Source of the DNA: Psammoneis japonica
Lineage: Eukaryota
Length of the DNA: 64,000 bases
Direction of reading: 5' to 3'
Assembly (NCBI GenBank): GCA_008632985.1
Contig: QPGO01000164.1
Location: 1-64,000 of the forward strand
Shown: positions 46,440-59,831 of the stretch, in pieces
How positions within the stretch are numbered: the stretch's first letter is position 1
Layout of the letters: every line of letters starts with the position of its first letter
The notes under the pieces: generated by a model
The model's input: only the letters and a program-made list of their open reading frames with translations
Database searches by the model: none
Told to the model about the DNA's origin: nothing
Translations under genes and position numbers: made by a program

Positions 46440-49140
46440 CACCCCTGTGGAAGATTTTCAGTCATTGTGTCTGGCGAGACAGCGTCTTGCAGTCACTGCT
46501 GCCATCAACCAATGACATTTGAAGTCTGCATTTTTAGCTTGAATGGTCTCCATCAATGCATCCATCAAGACTGCAGTTGACCATGAGTCTTGATTCCAAA
46601 GTTTTTAACTTTGCCACTAACATTTGGCACACCCACCACATGTCCCATGCTGTGTTCCAAACACACTCTGTGTTCTGGCACTCTTGTGCACCCAAGAAAT
46701 TTGCAGCATCATGCCTCTTTGTTGTGCTGCTGCTGCCCACTCAATTGCTGGGTGTGTCCTTGTGTCAAGGAGCTCTCCTCAAAAGACACTTGTGTTGCTG
46801 TGAAAGCAGCTTGTGTGCATGGAAAATTGGACCAAGGGGTGAGGACAGGAGGTTGAGGACTGGATGTGTGAGTTAACCCACCAACCACTTCTCAACATTG
46901 TCTTTTTTCTTGGACTCTGCAATTCCTGCCTGGGTCAAACAAGCACCGCACCACAGCAGCACATGATCAGTGCCTCTTTCTTCTTCACTGCAGCCTGCAG
47001 CATCTTGAACATGCCAGGTTCTCAAGTTTTTCCATCAACAAAAAGGTTGTGGTTGGTTGGAACAAAGCTGGCACTCCATCATGGTTGCTCAATTTGTTGG
47101 AATGCAGGACACGTCATTGTGCAGCTCTGCCCGCTGCCTCTCCCAGTCAATGGCCGTGTGCGCCAGTTCCATGCTCAACTTTTCAGACCAGTGCGATGTT
47201 CTTGTTCAACAAGTGGGGGCTTTGCACACACAATCTAGTGCTGTCTGGGGTTGTGCTGCAAGAAGTCACAGGCTCTCCTTGGAGCTCAGCCACCCAGCTC
47301 TTTTTTGGACTTTCACAAGAGACACCGCCCCCTGTTCATTGGTCAAAGCCTCCCAGTGCACCTTTGTGAGTTGGCCCATTTTTTAACATGCTGCTCAACT
47401 GTTTCAGGTGCAACAGTTCCTGGAGTGTTGCACACCACTTGTCTTTCTGTGCTTGGGCTGCTTCTGGGGCTGCAGCAACAGAGATTGCCTCAAAGATCTC
47501 AGCTGGCAAGTTTTGGGATGAGGGCATCATCATGTGCCACACTGCAAAAACATGTGTGTGCAAGCTTGCACCACAGTGACATGTCAGGGCTGCTTTTTGT
47601 CATTTCTGATGTTGAAGTGCCAGCACATTTTCTGAATGAACACCGCTGGCCCAAAAATGCCGCCCAGTGCTCTCTCCCATGCATGTGAAGATGAGCCCCC
47701 CTCCTTCTTTGCTGGTGGGCAGATCATTTTTTTAGGCCTGACATGCCAACAATGAGCTGCTTGGAAACCATGGCCCAAATGCTTCAGAATCTTTGCTGCT
47801 GCAACGTCAAGTGCAATGGATGTCACAGACTCTGCAGCCAAGACCATGACAAATCACAAGCAAAAACTCGCTCTGACGCCATTTGTCTTTTTGTTCAGTG
47901 CATGCATGCAAATGCTGCACCGCATTGCTGCAGGCAGGAAGGCTTGTTGTTGTGGTGCTGGTGCCGGGTGGGTGGACCCTTCCTGACAGGTGGTCAGAAC
48001 GGCCGTCTTTCTTCCACGCGCGTGCGCCGGCCACCGGACCCCTCAAAGACAGCAACACAAGCGAACACAATGATGCTCTGATCCATTGTCAACGCAGTTG
48101 CTGCACTTCCACACGACGGATGCAGGGCTGCTCCATGAATGTATCAGTTCTCGAGGTTTGGCGCGGGAGCATTGGTTGGGATTTGAGACTTCGACAACAA
48201 CTGGTTGCGATGACACGGCATCTGCAACACAACGAGCTCATTGACGACTGTTCCGAGAAGCAATCTTTCTTCAAAGAGGAGCGGCAAGTGTCCACGCAAG
48301 TTGATTGGCGATTTCGTAAATCGTCAACCCAATGAGTTGCTGATTTTTTATCAGGATCAAGACAACCAGGACTTGCTGGTGATGAACATTCAACATGGGT
48401 GCATGGTGCTCAGGATCTCATGCTGATGCAATTGTTGAGCAGTTCACGAATGCTGTGATCCAGTGCCCCGCTTCTGTTCCTGTGGCCGAAGATGATTCCA
48501 CGGAACAAAACCATGCTGGCAGTTGGCAAATCAGAATGCTGCAGCAGCTGGTGATCAGGTTGGAAAAGAATTTGCTTTGAAAGAAGGCAGCAACAGCATT
48601 TCGAAAATGGGCAGTGACATGTCCTTCCTCACCAGCAAAAAACCAAGCGTTCGAGCTCAATGCAAGCAAGGAGAGGAGGATTCATTCACAGCAGAACTCA
48701 CCAGTGGCCGCAATCCTGTGCAAAATGGGAGCCCAGCAGAGGATGAATCTGGTGAAAATTCCAGGTTGCGCAGGAGCCTTGAAGTCATGGCGGATGAGAT
48801 GCCAACACCAACGCAGTCTGTGCACACTTTGAACCCCACTCCAGCTCGAAATCACAATGAAGTCAAAGGCTGCACTGTGTCTTCAGAAGATGCATCGCAC
48901 ACTGTGAAAAAAGGAAGAGCTAGAGATGGTTGGACACCTCTGGTGTTTGAGGGGGGCATCACTCACAATCACTCACAATCAACATTGGTGCTGAGCAACA
49001 GGCGACGTTCTTTCGATGAAGCACTGTTTTGTCCCAATCGCAGAGCATCCGCGGCTTTCTCTGAATGAACACAAAGTTCCATTGTGTTCCCATGTCCTGT
49101 GGCATAGATTCCGCACTGACTGTAGACTTGTCACTGCCGA
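46440..49140 (+). repeat. Direct duplicate of about 53250-55760, hypermutated along its whole length
   Basis: cctgtggaaga.tttcagtcattgtgtc at 46444 and 53251; continuous similarity of 48080-49140 to 54680-55760. Confidence 0.9.
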
Positions 49141-49259
49141 ACATTTTTGCAACAGCATGAAGCCCACAGATGAATTGTCGCGCTTTGCCAAACATCCTTG
49201 TGCAGTGCGAAAGGATTTTTTGTCGCACCGCTGCTCTCCAGTGGCAGATGTGATGGTGT

Positions 49260-49950
49260 GGAGTTGCAATGGTGCCCACATCGTTGACATCATCAGTGGT
49301 GCATTTTTTGGTGTTCTGTGTTGTTGTCAGAAAATCCAAGTGCACAAACAAATCTTTGGACAGTTTGCACATGGTTTGATGCAAATGGAAATTGGCAGTC
49401 GTTGAGTCCCAATGACGCGAGCATGAAACCAAGTGTCTGGACCCACTTTTGGGGTGTGCGACGTGACTTTTTTGATTCTGCCTTGTGCAAGCAATTTGCC
49501 AAGAAAATGGCCTTTTGTGCTTGCCTTTGCAGCACTGAAGAGCAACGACGGCATGGTCATTGTTGACAAATGACAGTGCGAATGACATTTGGCATCTGCC
49601 CGCACGTGGCATCAAATTTTTTCAATTGGGTGTCCAGTGTCATGTGTGGGTCGACAGCCGAGAAGTGATCAAACTTGATGATGACAAAGTCATTGTGCCC
49701 TCAACACCCCACACAAATGGCCAAGCTTTGTGGAACATTCTGCCCAATTGCTGTCATGGGAAGAGTGCCTTTGACTCTTGGACTGCAACATGGGCTGGGA
49801 CCCACATGCAACGGCAACCACAAAGCAAAGGTTCAAGAGAAGATTTTGACATTGCAATGTGGTCTTGCAGTGGTTGAGATTTTCCCACAAGAGTTGCAGG
49901 CACAGGCAACCACTTCATTGGTGCATGAGCATGTGCTCATTGTGCAAAAC
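49260..49950 (+). pseudogene. Hypermutated, internally deleted copy of the glycosyltransferase locus (about 51165-51220 joined to about 52155-52830)
   Basis: WFDANGNWQSLSPNDASMKPSVWTHFWGVRRDFFDSALCKQFAKKMAFCACLCST vs intact WFDANGYWQSLSPNGGMRPSVWTHFWGVRRDFFDSALYKQFAEKMAFYTYLYRT. Confidence 0.92.
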
Positions 49951-51393
49951 TGTCGCTGACTGTCTGCTGCTGATTTGTGTCATTCCAACACTGCTTGTGC
50001 CATGCTCAAAACAATTTCAGCCAGAGCAAATCAGCAAATGATGATGCAGCTCTTTGTCACAATGGAATCATCTCCACAGAAAGAAATGACAAAGTGTCTG
50101 CTGTTTCAGAAGCTGTCTCTCTCTCTCTCTCTCTCAAAAGAGCCTGCCCAGGCACAGAAGCCACCCTGGCCCAGTCAAGAAATCCGTGGACTTTGCTCTG
50201 ACAAACTGACTGCCAGCACTGCAACTTCTCAAGCAGCTCTGCCAGCTGTGCTCTCATGCTGCCACTGTTGCAGCAGCTGCTGGACAGGGCACTTTTGCCA
50301 TTGGACAACAAGAATTTGTGCACCCGGCACATTGATCTCCATGATCAGGAGGTTTTGCTGTCCTTGTGCCGCTGCTTTGACCATTGACAATGCACCAAAA
50401 AAGGCAAAGCATGCCAAAAAAGGTTGCTTTTTCTGATTGTTGAAGCAGAAATGGGGAGGGCAGGCAAACTGGTGTCTTGGCACAAGTTGCTTTTGGTTGG
50501 ATGACAGCAACATTTCTGAAAAGGGTGCAGAGGTGCTTCTGTGGCAGGGTTGAAATCAACACAACTGGCACAGTCAAAGCACTTGCTGTTGTCATGCAGC
50601 AAGCTTGGTTTGACAGGCTTGCAAACACTGTCCATGCTGTCTCCAGGAACAAATGATGCCTCTGCTTGCACTTGGGTCTGCTTTGGCACTCTTGTTGGCA
50701 TCCACTGTTGACCCAGCCAAGGTGCTGCATCTCTGCAGAAATGCTGCTGGCACAATGAGGGCACACAAGGGCTGAACAAGGGACTCTTTTTTGCATGAAG
50801 CAGATCTGCAATGCAATGACATTGCACATCCTGGAGCTGGGGCAATGGGAGAAGCACTGTGAGACAAGAGTGCAGTGCTGAAGGTCCTCACAACATGGCT
50901 GGGAATCTAGCTGGAGTGCACGGCAGCAGATCGGCGCTGCAGAGTTGAAAATTGATGGGGCAACTGGGAAGGGTTGATGGCAATGCTGTTGAGAAAATTG
51001 TCGTCAACCCATGTCGTGACTCCACCTCCACAAAATTGACATCTGGATGGACCAACACCACCCATGGTCGACTTGTTGTGCAAGCAAAGAGAAGATTCAG
51101 CCCTTGTGCAGCGGAGCCTTTTTCAATTCAACACCAAACGATTTTTTGTCTCACCTCTGCTCGTAATGGTGCCCACATCTTTGACAGGTGCATTTTTTGG
51201 TTTTCTTTTGTGTTTTTCTCGATGTGATTCGGCGCTCGACAAAAAAAAAGGTTTTTGCCGATGCGAGCTTTTTGACGTTTTTCGAAAAGTCTGCATTACC
51301 GGCAAGAACGCAACACCGCACAAGAAAAGAGTTCATTAGGATGGCAACTATCTTGCGGAGAAGAAGTGAATCGTATAAAACATAGAAACTGCG

Positions 51394-52661
51394 ATGAGAA
51401 ACCCCACGAGCATCCCCAGGAGAAAAGCGAAGCGGAAAAGCAATTCATTTTCCACTGTGATTGTGATTGGTTTGTTGCTGTTGGCATTCAACATCATCGC
51501 TTTCAGGTCGGTGAGGAGTCGTCCTCGCAGCGATGAAGAATGGACCACCAGTTGTCGCACGACGCCCCCCTCTTCATCACGGCAAGAATCATCACCACCC
51601 ATTAAAGGGGTTTTTGTCATCAAGGCGGCAAAGGCAGAGCACGTCGCTAAAACCTTGTGCAGTTTGACCCACTTTTTCAACGCCCGTTACCCGGTACGCA
51701 TTTTTGTCGATACAGTCGATGTGGATGACGACGTGTTGAAAACCTTGCAAACGTTTGCAGGGAATGGAACGGATCTCAAAGTGATTCCCGATCCAACACA
51801 AAAATGGACCCGACTCCCCTCTCATTTCAATGCCACCCAACGAAAGCTCGTGCTCCAACAGTGTCAAGAGTTTGACACTCATCCCGAACGGGCACGGTGT
51901 ACCACCATGAAGTTCCCTCTCGGTTACGTTTATATGAACTATTGGAACTATGCCATTATGCCGTACGAACCAGAATTACAACAATTTGACTACATTTTGA
52001 GCTTGGATGCCGATGCCTTTTTGACACAGCCGTGGAGTAGTGTGGATCCGTTTGAACTCATGGATCGTCACCGATTGACCGGAGTCTATGACATTCAAGC
52101 ATTTCAAAGTGGCGACATTGCCATGGGCATTCAAGAATCGGTCTCGGAGCTGTTCGAGAAATCCAAGCGTAGAAACAAATCTTTGGATATTTGCCGTGGT
52201 TTGATGCAAATGGATATTGGCAGTCGTTGAGCCCCAACGGAGGCATGCGGCCGAGTGTCTGGACCCACTTTTGGGGTGTGCGACGAGACTTTTTTGATTC
52301 CGCCTTGTACAAGCAATTTGCCGAGAAAATGGCCTTTTATACCTACCTTTACCGCACCGACGAGCAACCAGTTATTGGGGCGGCATGGGCATTGTTGGCA
52401 AACGACAGCGCAAACGACATTTGGTATCTTCCCGCACGTGGCATTCAATTGGGTGTCTATCATCATGGGTGGGTGGATAATCGAGAAGTGATCAAACTAG
52501 ACAAAAAGGAAGACGATGAAAGACATTATGCCGTCAATACTCTACACGAATGGCCGCGCTTTACGGAACATCCTACCCAATTACTGTCGTGGGAAGAGTA
52601 CCTTCGACTCTCAGGCAACGACGTGGGTTGGGACCTGTGTGCGACGGCAACCACAAAGTAA
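51394..52661 (+). CDS. Type II membrane glycosyltransferase, GT15/Kre2 mannosyltransferase-like (1-bp frame break near 52188)
   Basis: N-terminal TM helix, GYVYMNYW, PELQQFDYILSLDADAF (DxD), RRDFF.S..Y..F, YR.DEQ. Confidence 0.7.
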
Positions 52662-54735
52662 GGGTCTTATCATACGGTAATATAACAGCATCCACATTGC
52701 ATTACAGCCTACTGAGAGGAGTTTGATATATTGCAATGTGGTCTTTTGCGGCGGTTGAGATTAACTTTCCCAAGAGTCGCAGACACAGGCAACCGCTTCT
52801 CGTGCAAGCATGCACTCATTGTGCAAAACTATTACTCTGGAGTGCTGTACTATTACCTGTAGTTGAAGCTTGCGTGTCCGCGGAGGTCCGAGTGACTTCC
52901 TAACCTGTCGGTTGGATGTCCAGTCAACACCAACACCTCACACAGAATGCGAGTAGATAGTACCCACTGACTAGTACTATCGAGTATTCAGTCTACAGTC
53001 TTCACAAAACCACTAGTGACCAAATTATAAGCTACCCAAAACTGAATCTCGTGAATGCCAAAATAGAGAGTTTCCCGTGCACTTGTACTAGGAGATGGTA
53101 CAAGTCTCAGGGTAACACTCAAACAAACAATCAACCAAATGCTGCTGAAGTAAACCATGACAGTTCCAACACATAGCCATTGCCTGCCGGTATGATATCC
53201 AAAGCGATGGGTCTATGATCTCCAAAGCAACGAGTTCAGAAAGTGGGCAACCTGTGGAAGAATTTCAGTCATTGTGTCAAGTGAGACAGTGGCTTCTTTT
53301 GCAGCTGCTGCTGCCTCCAGCCAATGACATTTGCTTGAAGTCCATGTTTTCAGCTTGAATGATCTCCATCAATGCACCCATCAATGATGTGGTTGACAGC
53401 TGGTCTTGATTCTGAAGTTTCCAACTCTTTCACTCACACTGTGTTGTTCCAGAGTTGTCATCAGTCCAGAAACCCACTGCAATCTGAGTCTCTCCTTGCA
53501 TCCAAGAAATGCGCAGCACACTTGTTGCGCTGCTTCCTGCTCAATTGCCGGGTGTCCTTGTGCCAAGGAGCTTTCCTCCAAAGACACTTTGCCATGAAAG
53601 CAGCCTGTGTGTGGGCAATTAGACCAAGGGGTGAGAACAGGAGGTTGTTTCATGCCACTTCCATTTCATTTGGTTCATCCAAAAGTCAAGGTTTGGGTGT
53701 GTGAGTTGCGCCCATTGACCACTTCTCAAGATTCTCTTTTTTCTTGGACCCAGCAGTTGCCAAGGTTGTGGTTGGTTGGAACAAAGCTGGCACTCCATCA
53801 TGGCACATCATTGCACAGCTCTGCCTGTTGCCTCTCCCAGTCCCCCGGTCAATGGCCACATGTGCTGGCTCCATGCCCAACTTCTTGTGCCAGCATTCTG
53901 CACTCGACCCAGTGCTGTCTGGGGTTGCTGCAAGAGGTCACAGTCTTTCCTTGGAGCTCAGTGGCTGCTGCTTTGCCATTTCTGATGTCACAGTGCTGGC
54001 AGACATTTTGAATGAATGCAGCTGGCCCAAAGATGCCACCCAGGGCTCCCCTCTGCATGGTGCTGAGTCTTCCTCCTTGAAGCCGCTGCTCCTCCTGGCT
54101 GGAGAGGAGCAGCTTGGCTCTCTCCTCTGCAGCATCTCTGTGGTGGGTGGATCATTGTTTTTTAGGCCTGACAGACCAATGGAAAAATGTGGAAACTGCA
54201 ACCCAAGCACTTCAAAACCTTTGTTGCTGCAACATCAAACATGACAGACCTCTCTGACTCCTCAGCCCAGATCACGACAAATCAGCACACGATCGACACA
54301 CAAGCAAAGCAATGCTCCAACACGACAATGACAATGACCGCCACAATGGCATTGAATTTCCACCTCATGGCAGTGAAAATAACACCATTAGAATCACAGC
54401 ACTTTATTTAGTCTATGTGCCATTTATCTTTTTGTACAGTGCGTGCAAATGCTGCACCGCATTGACAGCAGGAAGGCTTGTTGACGAGCCCGCGTCTATG
54501 GTGCCCTACCTGACAGGTGGTCAGAACGTCGTGTTTCTTCCGCGCGCCGCGCCTCGCTCTATCTCCGCCGAAAAAATGCGCAAGTCCATAGACATACGGT
54601 ACATACTATTGTAGCCCTACGATGTTCTGACGGCCGCGAGAGACACCATTAGCATTAACACAATGATGCACAAGGCTCTCTGATCCCTCGTCAACGCAGT
54701 CGCTGCACTACACACGACGTATACAGGACTGCTCC

Positions 54736-55532
54736 ATGAATGTCATCAGTTCTCGAGGCTTGGCGCGGGAGCAGTGGTTAGGGTTTGAGAATTCGACAAC
54801 ATCTGGTTGCGACGACACGGCATCTGTAATCACAACGAGCTCATCGACGACCGTTCCGAGCAGCAACCTATCTTCAAAGAGGAGCGGCAAGTATCCATGC
54901 AAGTCGATTGGCGATTTTGTAAATCGTCAACCCAATGATTTTCTAGTTATTTATCAGGATCAAGACAATCAGGACTTGCTGGTGACGAGCATTCAACATA
55001 TGGTGCATGGTGCTCAGGATCTCAGCCGTGAGGCAATTGTTGAGCAGTTCACGAACGCTGTGATCCAGTGCCCCGCTTCTATTCCTGCGGCCGAAGATGA
55101 TTCCACGGAACAAACCATGCTGGCCGCTCGGAAAATCAGAATGCTGCAGCAGCTGGTGATCAGGTTGGAAAAGAATTTGCTTTGAAAGAAGACAGCGACA
55201 GCATTTCGAAAATGGGCAGTGACATGTCCTCGTCCTCAACAGCAAATAAACCAAGTGTTCGAGCTCAATACAAGCAAGGAGAGGAGGATTTATCCATAGT
55301 AGAACTCCCCAGTGGCCGCAATCCTGTGCAAAACGGGAGCCCAGCAGAGGATGGATCTAGTGAAAATTCCAGGTTGCGCAGGAGTCTTGAAGTAATGGCG
55401 GACGGGATACCAACACCATCGGGGTCTGTGCAAACTTTGAACCCCATTGAAGTTCGAAACCCCAATGAAGTTGAAGGGTGCACTGTGTCTTCAGAAGATG
55501 CATCGCACACTGCGAAAAAAAGGAAGAGTTAG
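54736..55532 (+). pseudogene. Unknown Ser-rich ORF in two frames; less-mutated partner of 48130-48950
   Basis: Two abutting ORFs (149 and 116 aa); the break at about 55183 is shared with the duplicate. No recognised motif. Confidence 0.35.
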
Positions 55533-56051
55533 AGATGGTTGGTCGGAAGTGGACACCTGTTGTTGGAAGGGGTGTTGGAGGGAGCATCACTCACAATCGA
55601 CATTGGCATTGAGCAACGGACGAGGACTTGGTTCGAAGAAGCTGTTTTGTCCCAATGACAGAGTGTCCGCGGCTTTCTCTGAATGAAACACAAAGTTCTG
55701 TTGTGTTCCCATATCCTGTAGCATAGATTCAGCACTAACTATAGACTTGTCAATGCTGAACATATCCTTACAACAGTATGAATCCTACTTGAATGGTCCT
55801 ACCCCACCTGTCTACTAATTTATATTGCCGTTATGATTGAGACTCTTGTCTGCGCTTCCACTTTCTGAACGACGTGCCAAAGCTCATGTTTACTCGTACA
55901 CAAAATTTGGCGTCTCACAATCACAATAAAGTCCTTGTTGCTACCACTCTGTATTATGGAAGCGAGAAGACCTTTTGCAATGATTTGCCCTTTGTGATTT
56001 TGTAGAGTGCAAGTTGTGTCAGTTTTCATGCTCCAGCGCTCGAACATTGTT

Positions 56052-57067
56052 TTATCCAATTTGAAACGTGACTGCAATCCCAAAATGATCGCTTAAAAAA
56101 TGATTTCTGGAAGGAGGTATTGGGTGATTGGCAACCAAGCAAAAGTCTGCAGGTCTTAAGACATCATCAAAGTTAGCAGTAGAGTAGTAGACTCGATCAT
56201 AGCGGCGTTGTTTTTGTAGCGTGGATGGTCCATAATACTCATTGTAATAGCTTCCGTCATCATGATGATCCATTGTGTCCCAGGAATAGCGAGTCAATTC
56301 CGAGGCACCAAGCTGTTTCCAAGCATCACGGAATAAAGACTCTTTTTCATAATATGTATCTTCTGTATCTCTCATGTTTGTATCGCCCAAAACAATCAAT
56401 GGCGTTGCATTAGATGCTTTTAGCAATTGTTGCATTTCGTCTCGACGAACAAACGAACCTTGTGTAAATGGTTCCAAGTGTATGGATGCGACATGGATAT
56501 TGTAATTGTTGGAGAGTGTCAATTTCGCCATGACGGCTGGTGTCTCCAGCTCAACAACTCGTTCCGAAACGAGCTCCTTCTTGACCAACAAGACGACATG
56601 ACCCGCATGGGATGCTACAGATCCAATCAAAACATAGTCGTCCAAGGCTGCTACTTGCGAGGCCCAATCCGCAGAAGGACACTCTTGGAGTGCAAGAACA
56701 TGAGATCCGAGGCGAGCAATTCTCTCGTGACCGCCTCGAGCTGGTCGCTCATCGTCCATGTTTCTGGAGCAACCATGGAAGGTTGGAGACCGGCGATATT
56801 CATAGAGACGAGGCGAAATGATGTTGATGTTGTTGTCAGATTGTTTCGAGGCTCATCCACTGCTGTTCTTATTGTTGCTGCTGTACGAAGTCTCGTGCCT
56901 TGCCTTGTCGACTGATGCTCCAACAGCCATAGAATTGCCGGCAAGACGGCGACTGCGCACATGAACAAAAATCCCAAACAACCGTAATGATGATATTGAT
57001 TGGTGCTTTTTGCAATTCTAATTTCTCTTGTTGTTGTTGACGGCGTTTGTCGCGCTGATGATTTCAT
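56052..57067 (-). CDS. TDP2-like exonuclease/endonuclease/phosphatase (EEP) family protein with N-terminal hydrophobic segment (1-bp frame break near 56705)
   Basis: SMNIAG, ALQEC, SIHLE, LGDTN, RYDRVY, SDHFG. Both degenerate paralogues have gatcctc where this copy has gatctc. Confidence 0.85.
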
Positions 57068-58509
57068 CTTTTCGAAATCGTGCTTCTTGTACTACTAGCC
57101 TCTGCAGTCGTCAATGGCAGTTGGTACATTGCTGCTATTACAACATCAGCAGCAACAACATATCATGACATTCTAGCTACTTCTACTCTCTAGTAGTAGC
57201 GAGAAGCTGTCATCGCTGGTCGTTGTCTCTGGTCTCGCTCGCATCTCTTTGTCGCCCGCCGCGACCAGCGCGATCGACCCGCCGCCGCGCGCGATCGACG
57301 ATCCAGAAATCGAAAACATTCGGATTTACGGTAAAAGGCGCTTGTGCTTTTAAAAACGGTTTTCTCGTCGCCCGTCCGCCGTTCAACAACCCCGTGCTTT
57401 CGAAATATATTAGAAGTAGTAACAGCGTCCACCATGGTGATTCTGGTTTTGACGGACGCGATGTAACAAACCTCATGGTTCCTTTGCAACGGTCAAGTGC
57501 AGTTTTCGCATCAAGCGATCCCATGATTTCCCGCCTTGGCACCTTATTGTTGCCTGCACAAAAAGAACAGCGCATCAACAATCGATCTGCACATAGTTGA
57601 TGGGAATCTTCTGCTTTCTCCACTGGCATGTGTCTTCACCGTCGTCATGGACCAAGATGCTATTCCGTCACTGTTACATTTCATTGATGGTGGAGGGAAT
57701 TTCACGCATCTGTAGAACTAGAGAGAATTTCCGCCGCGCCTTGCTTGTTTGCCTAAGCACCAAACAATTGTTTTTTCCAAAAATGCCGCTCGAAAAAACA
57801 CGTTTCTCAAACCTCGCATTGAGAAATCGATCGTGGCAAGCTTGTCGACGCCTCTCTCTTGTTCACTCGCACTTTGTTCATTCTTGACAAAGACGACACA
57901 ATACTATCTTGAGATATTGCTTGCTACAATACATATATATACCATGTCGAACGACAATGCCAGTGTCACGTCCTATTCAAGCGCTCGTACGGTCAAAACA
58001 TCGCACGTGAGTGCCGCAGCCAAAAAGGTGAGTGGTTGTAAATCGGCGTGGAGGGCGCTCTTTGTGAGTATGCGTTTCGTCTTTGGCGTCGAACAAAAAA
58101 GTCCAGCGTGGGATTTGTGCGCAATATTTGTTGTGTGTGTGCATATTGCGGGTAGATAATGTGGATGCTGTATTAGCCGCTGCACACCGAACCATGATGT
58201 GATGTGATGCCTATCCGGGCTGATTCTCTTTCTTTCGAGTCGTCGTCATGAGCTCTGGATGTGGTTTCGTCAACCTACCGCTTTGAGAGACAGCCGTTGC
58301 AGTTTAGCAATGAGCCGTTGCCTTGGTCCCATGCTGCCGTTACTGAGTTTCGGATCGCAGGCTTTGATACAAATTCTACGTTACGGCTGTTTTCACGGAG
58401 AAGAACGCAAGTCCAATCCATTTCTTCTCATTTCCTTCATTGCGTCGTTGTTTGTATCTCTATTTTGGGTCAGAAAGCAAAGAAGGCCAAGTCTCGAAGA
58501 AAGAGCATT

Positions 58510-59831
58510 ATGGCGTCTGGAAAAGATGGATCTGTTGCTGCAATGGGTATGTGTCAGGACATCGTTGTTTGTATCGGTCGTTTTCTTTCCGCATCTCCAG
58601 TAAACCATTGTTGACGCCTATTCTTGTTAATTGATGTTACAATCACGCAGGAATCGTCAAGATCATGACAGAGGCCTCGCAGATGATTGCCGAGCTCCAA
58701 AAGGTCGATTCATGCGATGACGAGAAGCACACTCAGTGCGTCGAACGCTGCAAAACGCTCCTCGCACGTCTCCCTCGAGAGCTACAGGTTTCATTTCATG
58801 ATCAACTCTCAGCCAATATGTGTCATCGCTTTCGTTTGATGGATGCTGATCACTTCAAGGAAGAAGCTCACGACAGTAAAGTCTACATCAAAGAACTCGA
58901 AGAAGAGCTGCTGGAACAGCGAGCACAGAACCGGGAACTACGAGCACAAAGCCAAGAACTCGGAGAAAAAAACCATGAACTCGAAGACAAGAAGCAGGAT
59001 CTTGAAGCACGAAAGCAGGAACTTGAAGACAAGAACCATAAGCTTGAAGCACGAACAAAGGAACTTGGAGACAAGAACCATAAACTTGAAGCACGAAACC
59101 AGGATCTTGCAGCACAAAAGCAGGAACTTGAGGACAAGAACCAGGAGTTACAGACGCTTATTGGCGATGCGTTTGAGAAGGACATCGAGGACCGTGCTGG
59201 CATAATTGATGGCCTTTCCATCGTTCGAGATGATGCGTACGAGGAGCTCCAAGCGAGTCGAAAGCAACGCAATGCAAATAGGCTTAAAGCAGAGGGTCTC
59301 GCTCAACCAGCCTCTCCCGTTATCTGCTCACCTAGTACTTCAACATCCTCAAGTGCGGGAAATGTTGACAACAGCTCCTCAGATGACCAAAATTCTTTTT
59401 CGATCTCCGATTCAGTCACGGAGAATCTTGATCGTTTGGTGGAGAATGCGCCAGAGAATTTGGCAGAGCTCCTCAATATGGAGGTCAACGTTGATGTAGC
59501 CGCCGCTGACGAAGAAAGTACTGCATCTCTCTCGGATTCGGTCAAGGAGCGGATTGAAGAGCTTGCCAAGCTTGTGAACGACCTAAAAGGACAGAATCAA
59601 GATCTTGGGAGGACTCTTTGCGAGTCCTCCAAGAAGAAACTGGAGTTCCTTTCTTCACTGGTTACACGCCTCGACGGTCTTCGAAAGCAGGCTCACGAGG
59701 AACGTCAAGCGAGTCGAAAGCGAGCTCGTGAAGTGATGAAGGAGGCTCGGCGTCTAACGCGCCATCAATCGAAGGAGGAAGCAGATGTAGTCTCCCCACG
59801 TGGCAAGAGAATGCGCACCAATGGCAAGTAA
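58510..59831 (+). CDS. Coiled-coil protein of unknown function, 2 exons
   Basis: GT-AG intron 58547-58650 joins MASGKDGSVAAMG in frame to the 388-aa ORF; heptad repeats (ELEDKNH/KLEARKQ). Confidence 0.7.
58915..59150 (+). repeat. 21/42-bp coding tandem repeat (heptads)
   Basis: gaacttg(a/g)agacaagaaccat and cttgaagcacgaa units alternate. Confidence 0.85.

Noticed and set aside
2450..54400. Classical fungal RIP or plain CpG methylation decay as the sole explanation for the degenerate blocks
   Set aside because: RIP increases TpA and CpG decay does not remove it; the paralogue pairs show TpA being lost.
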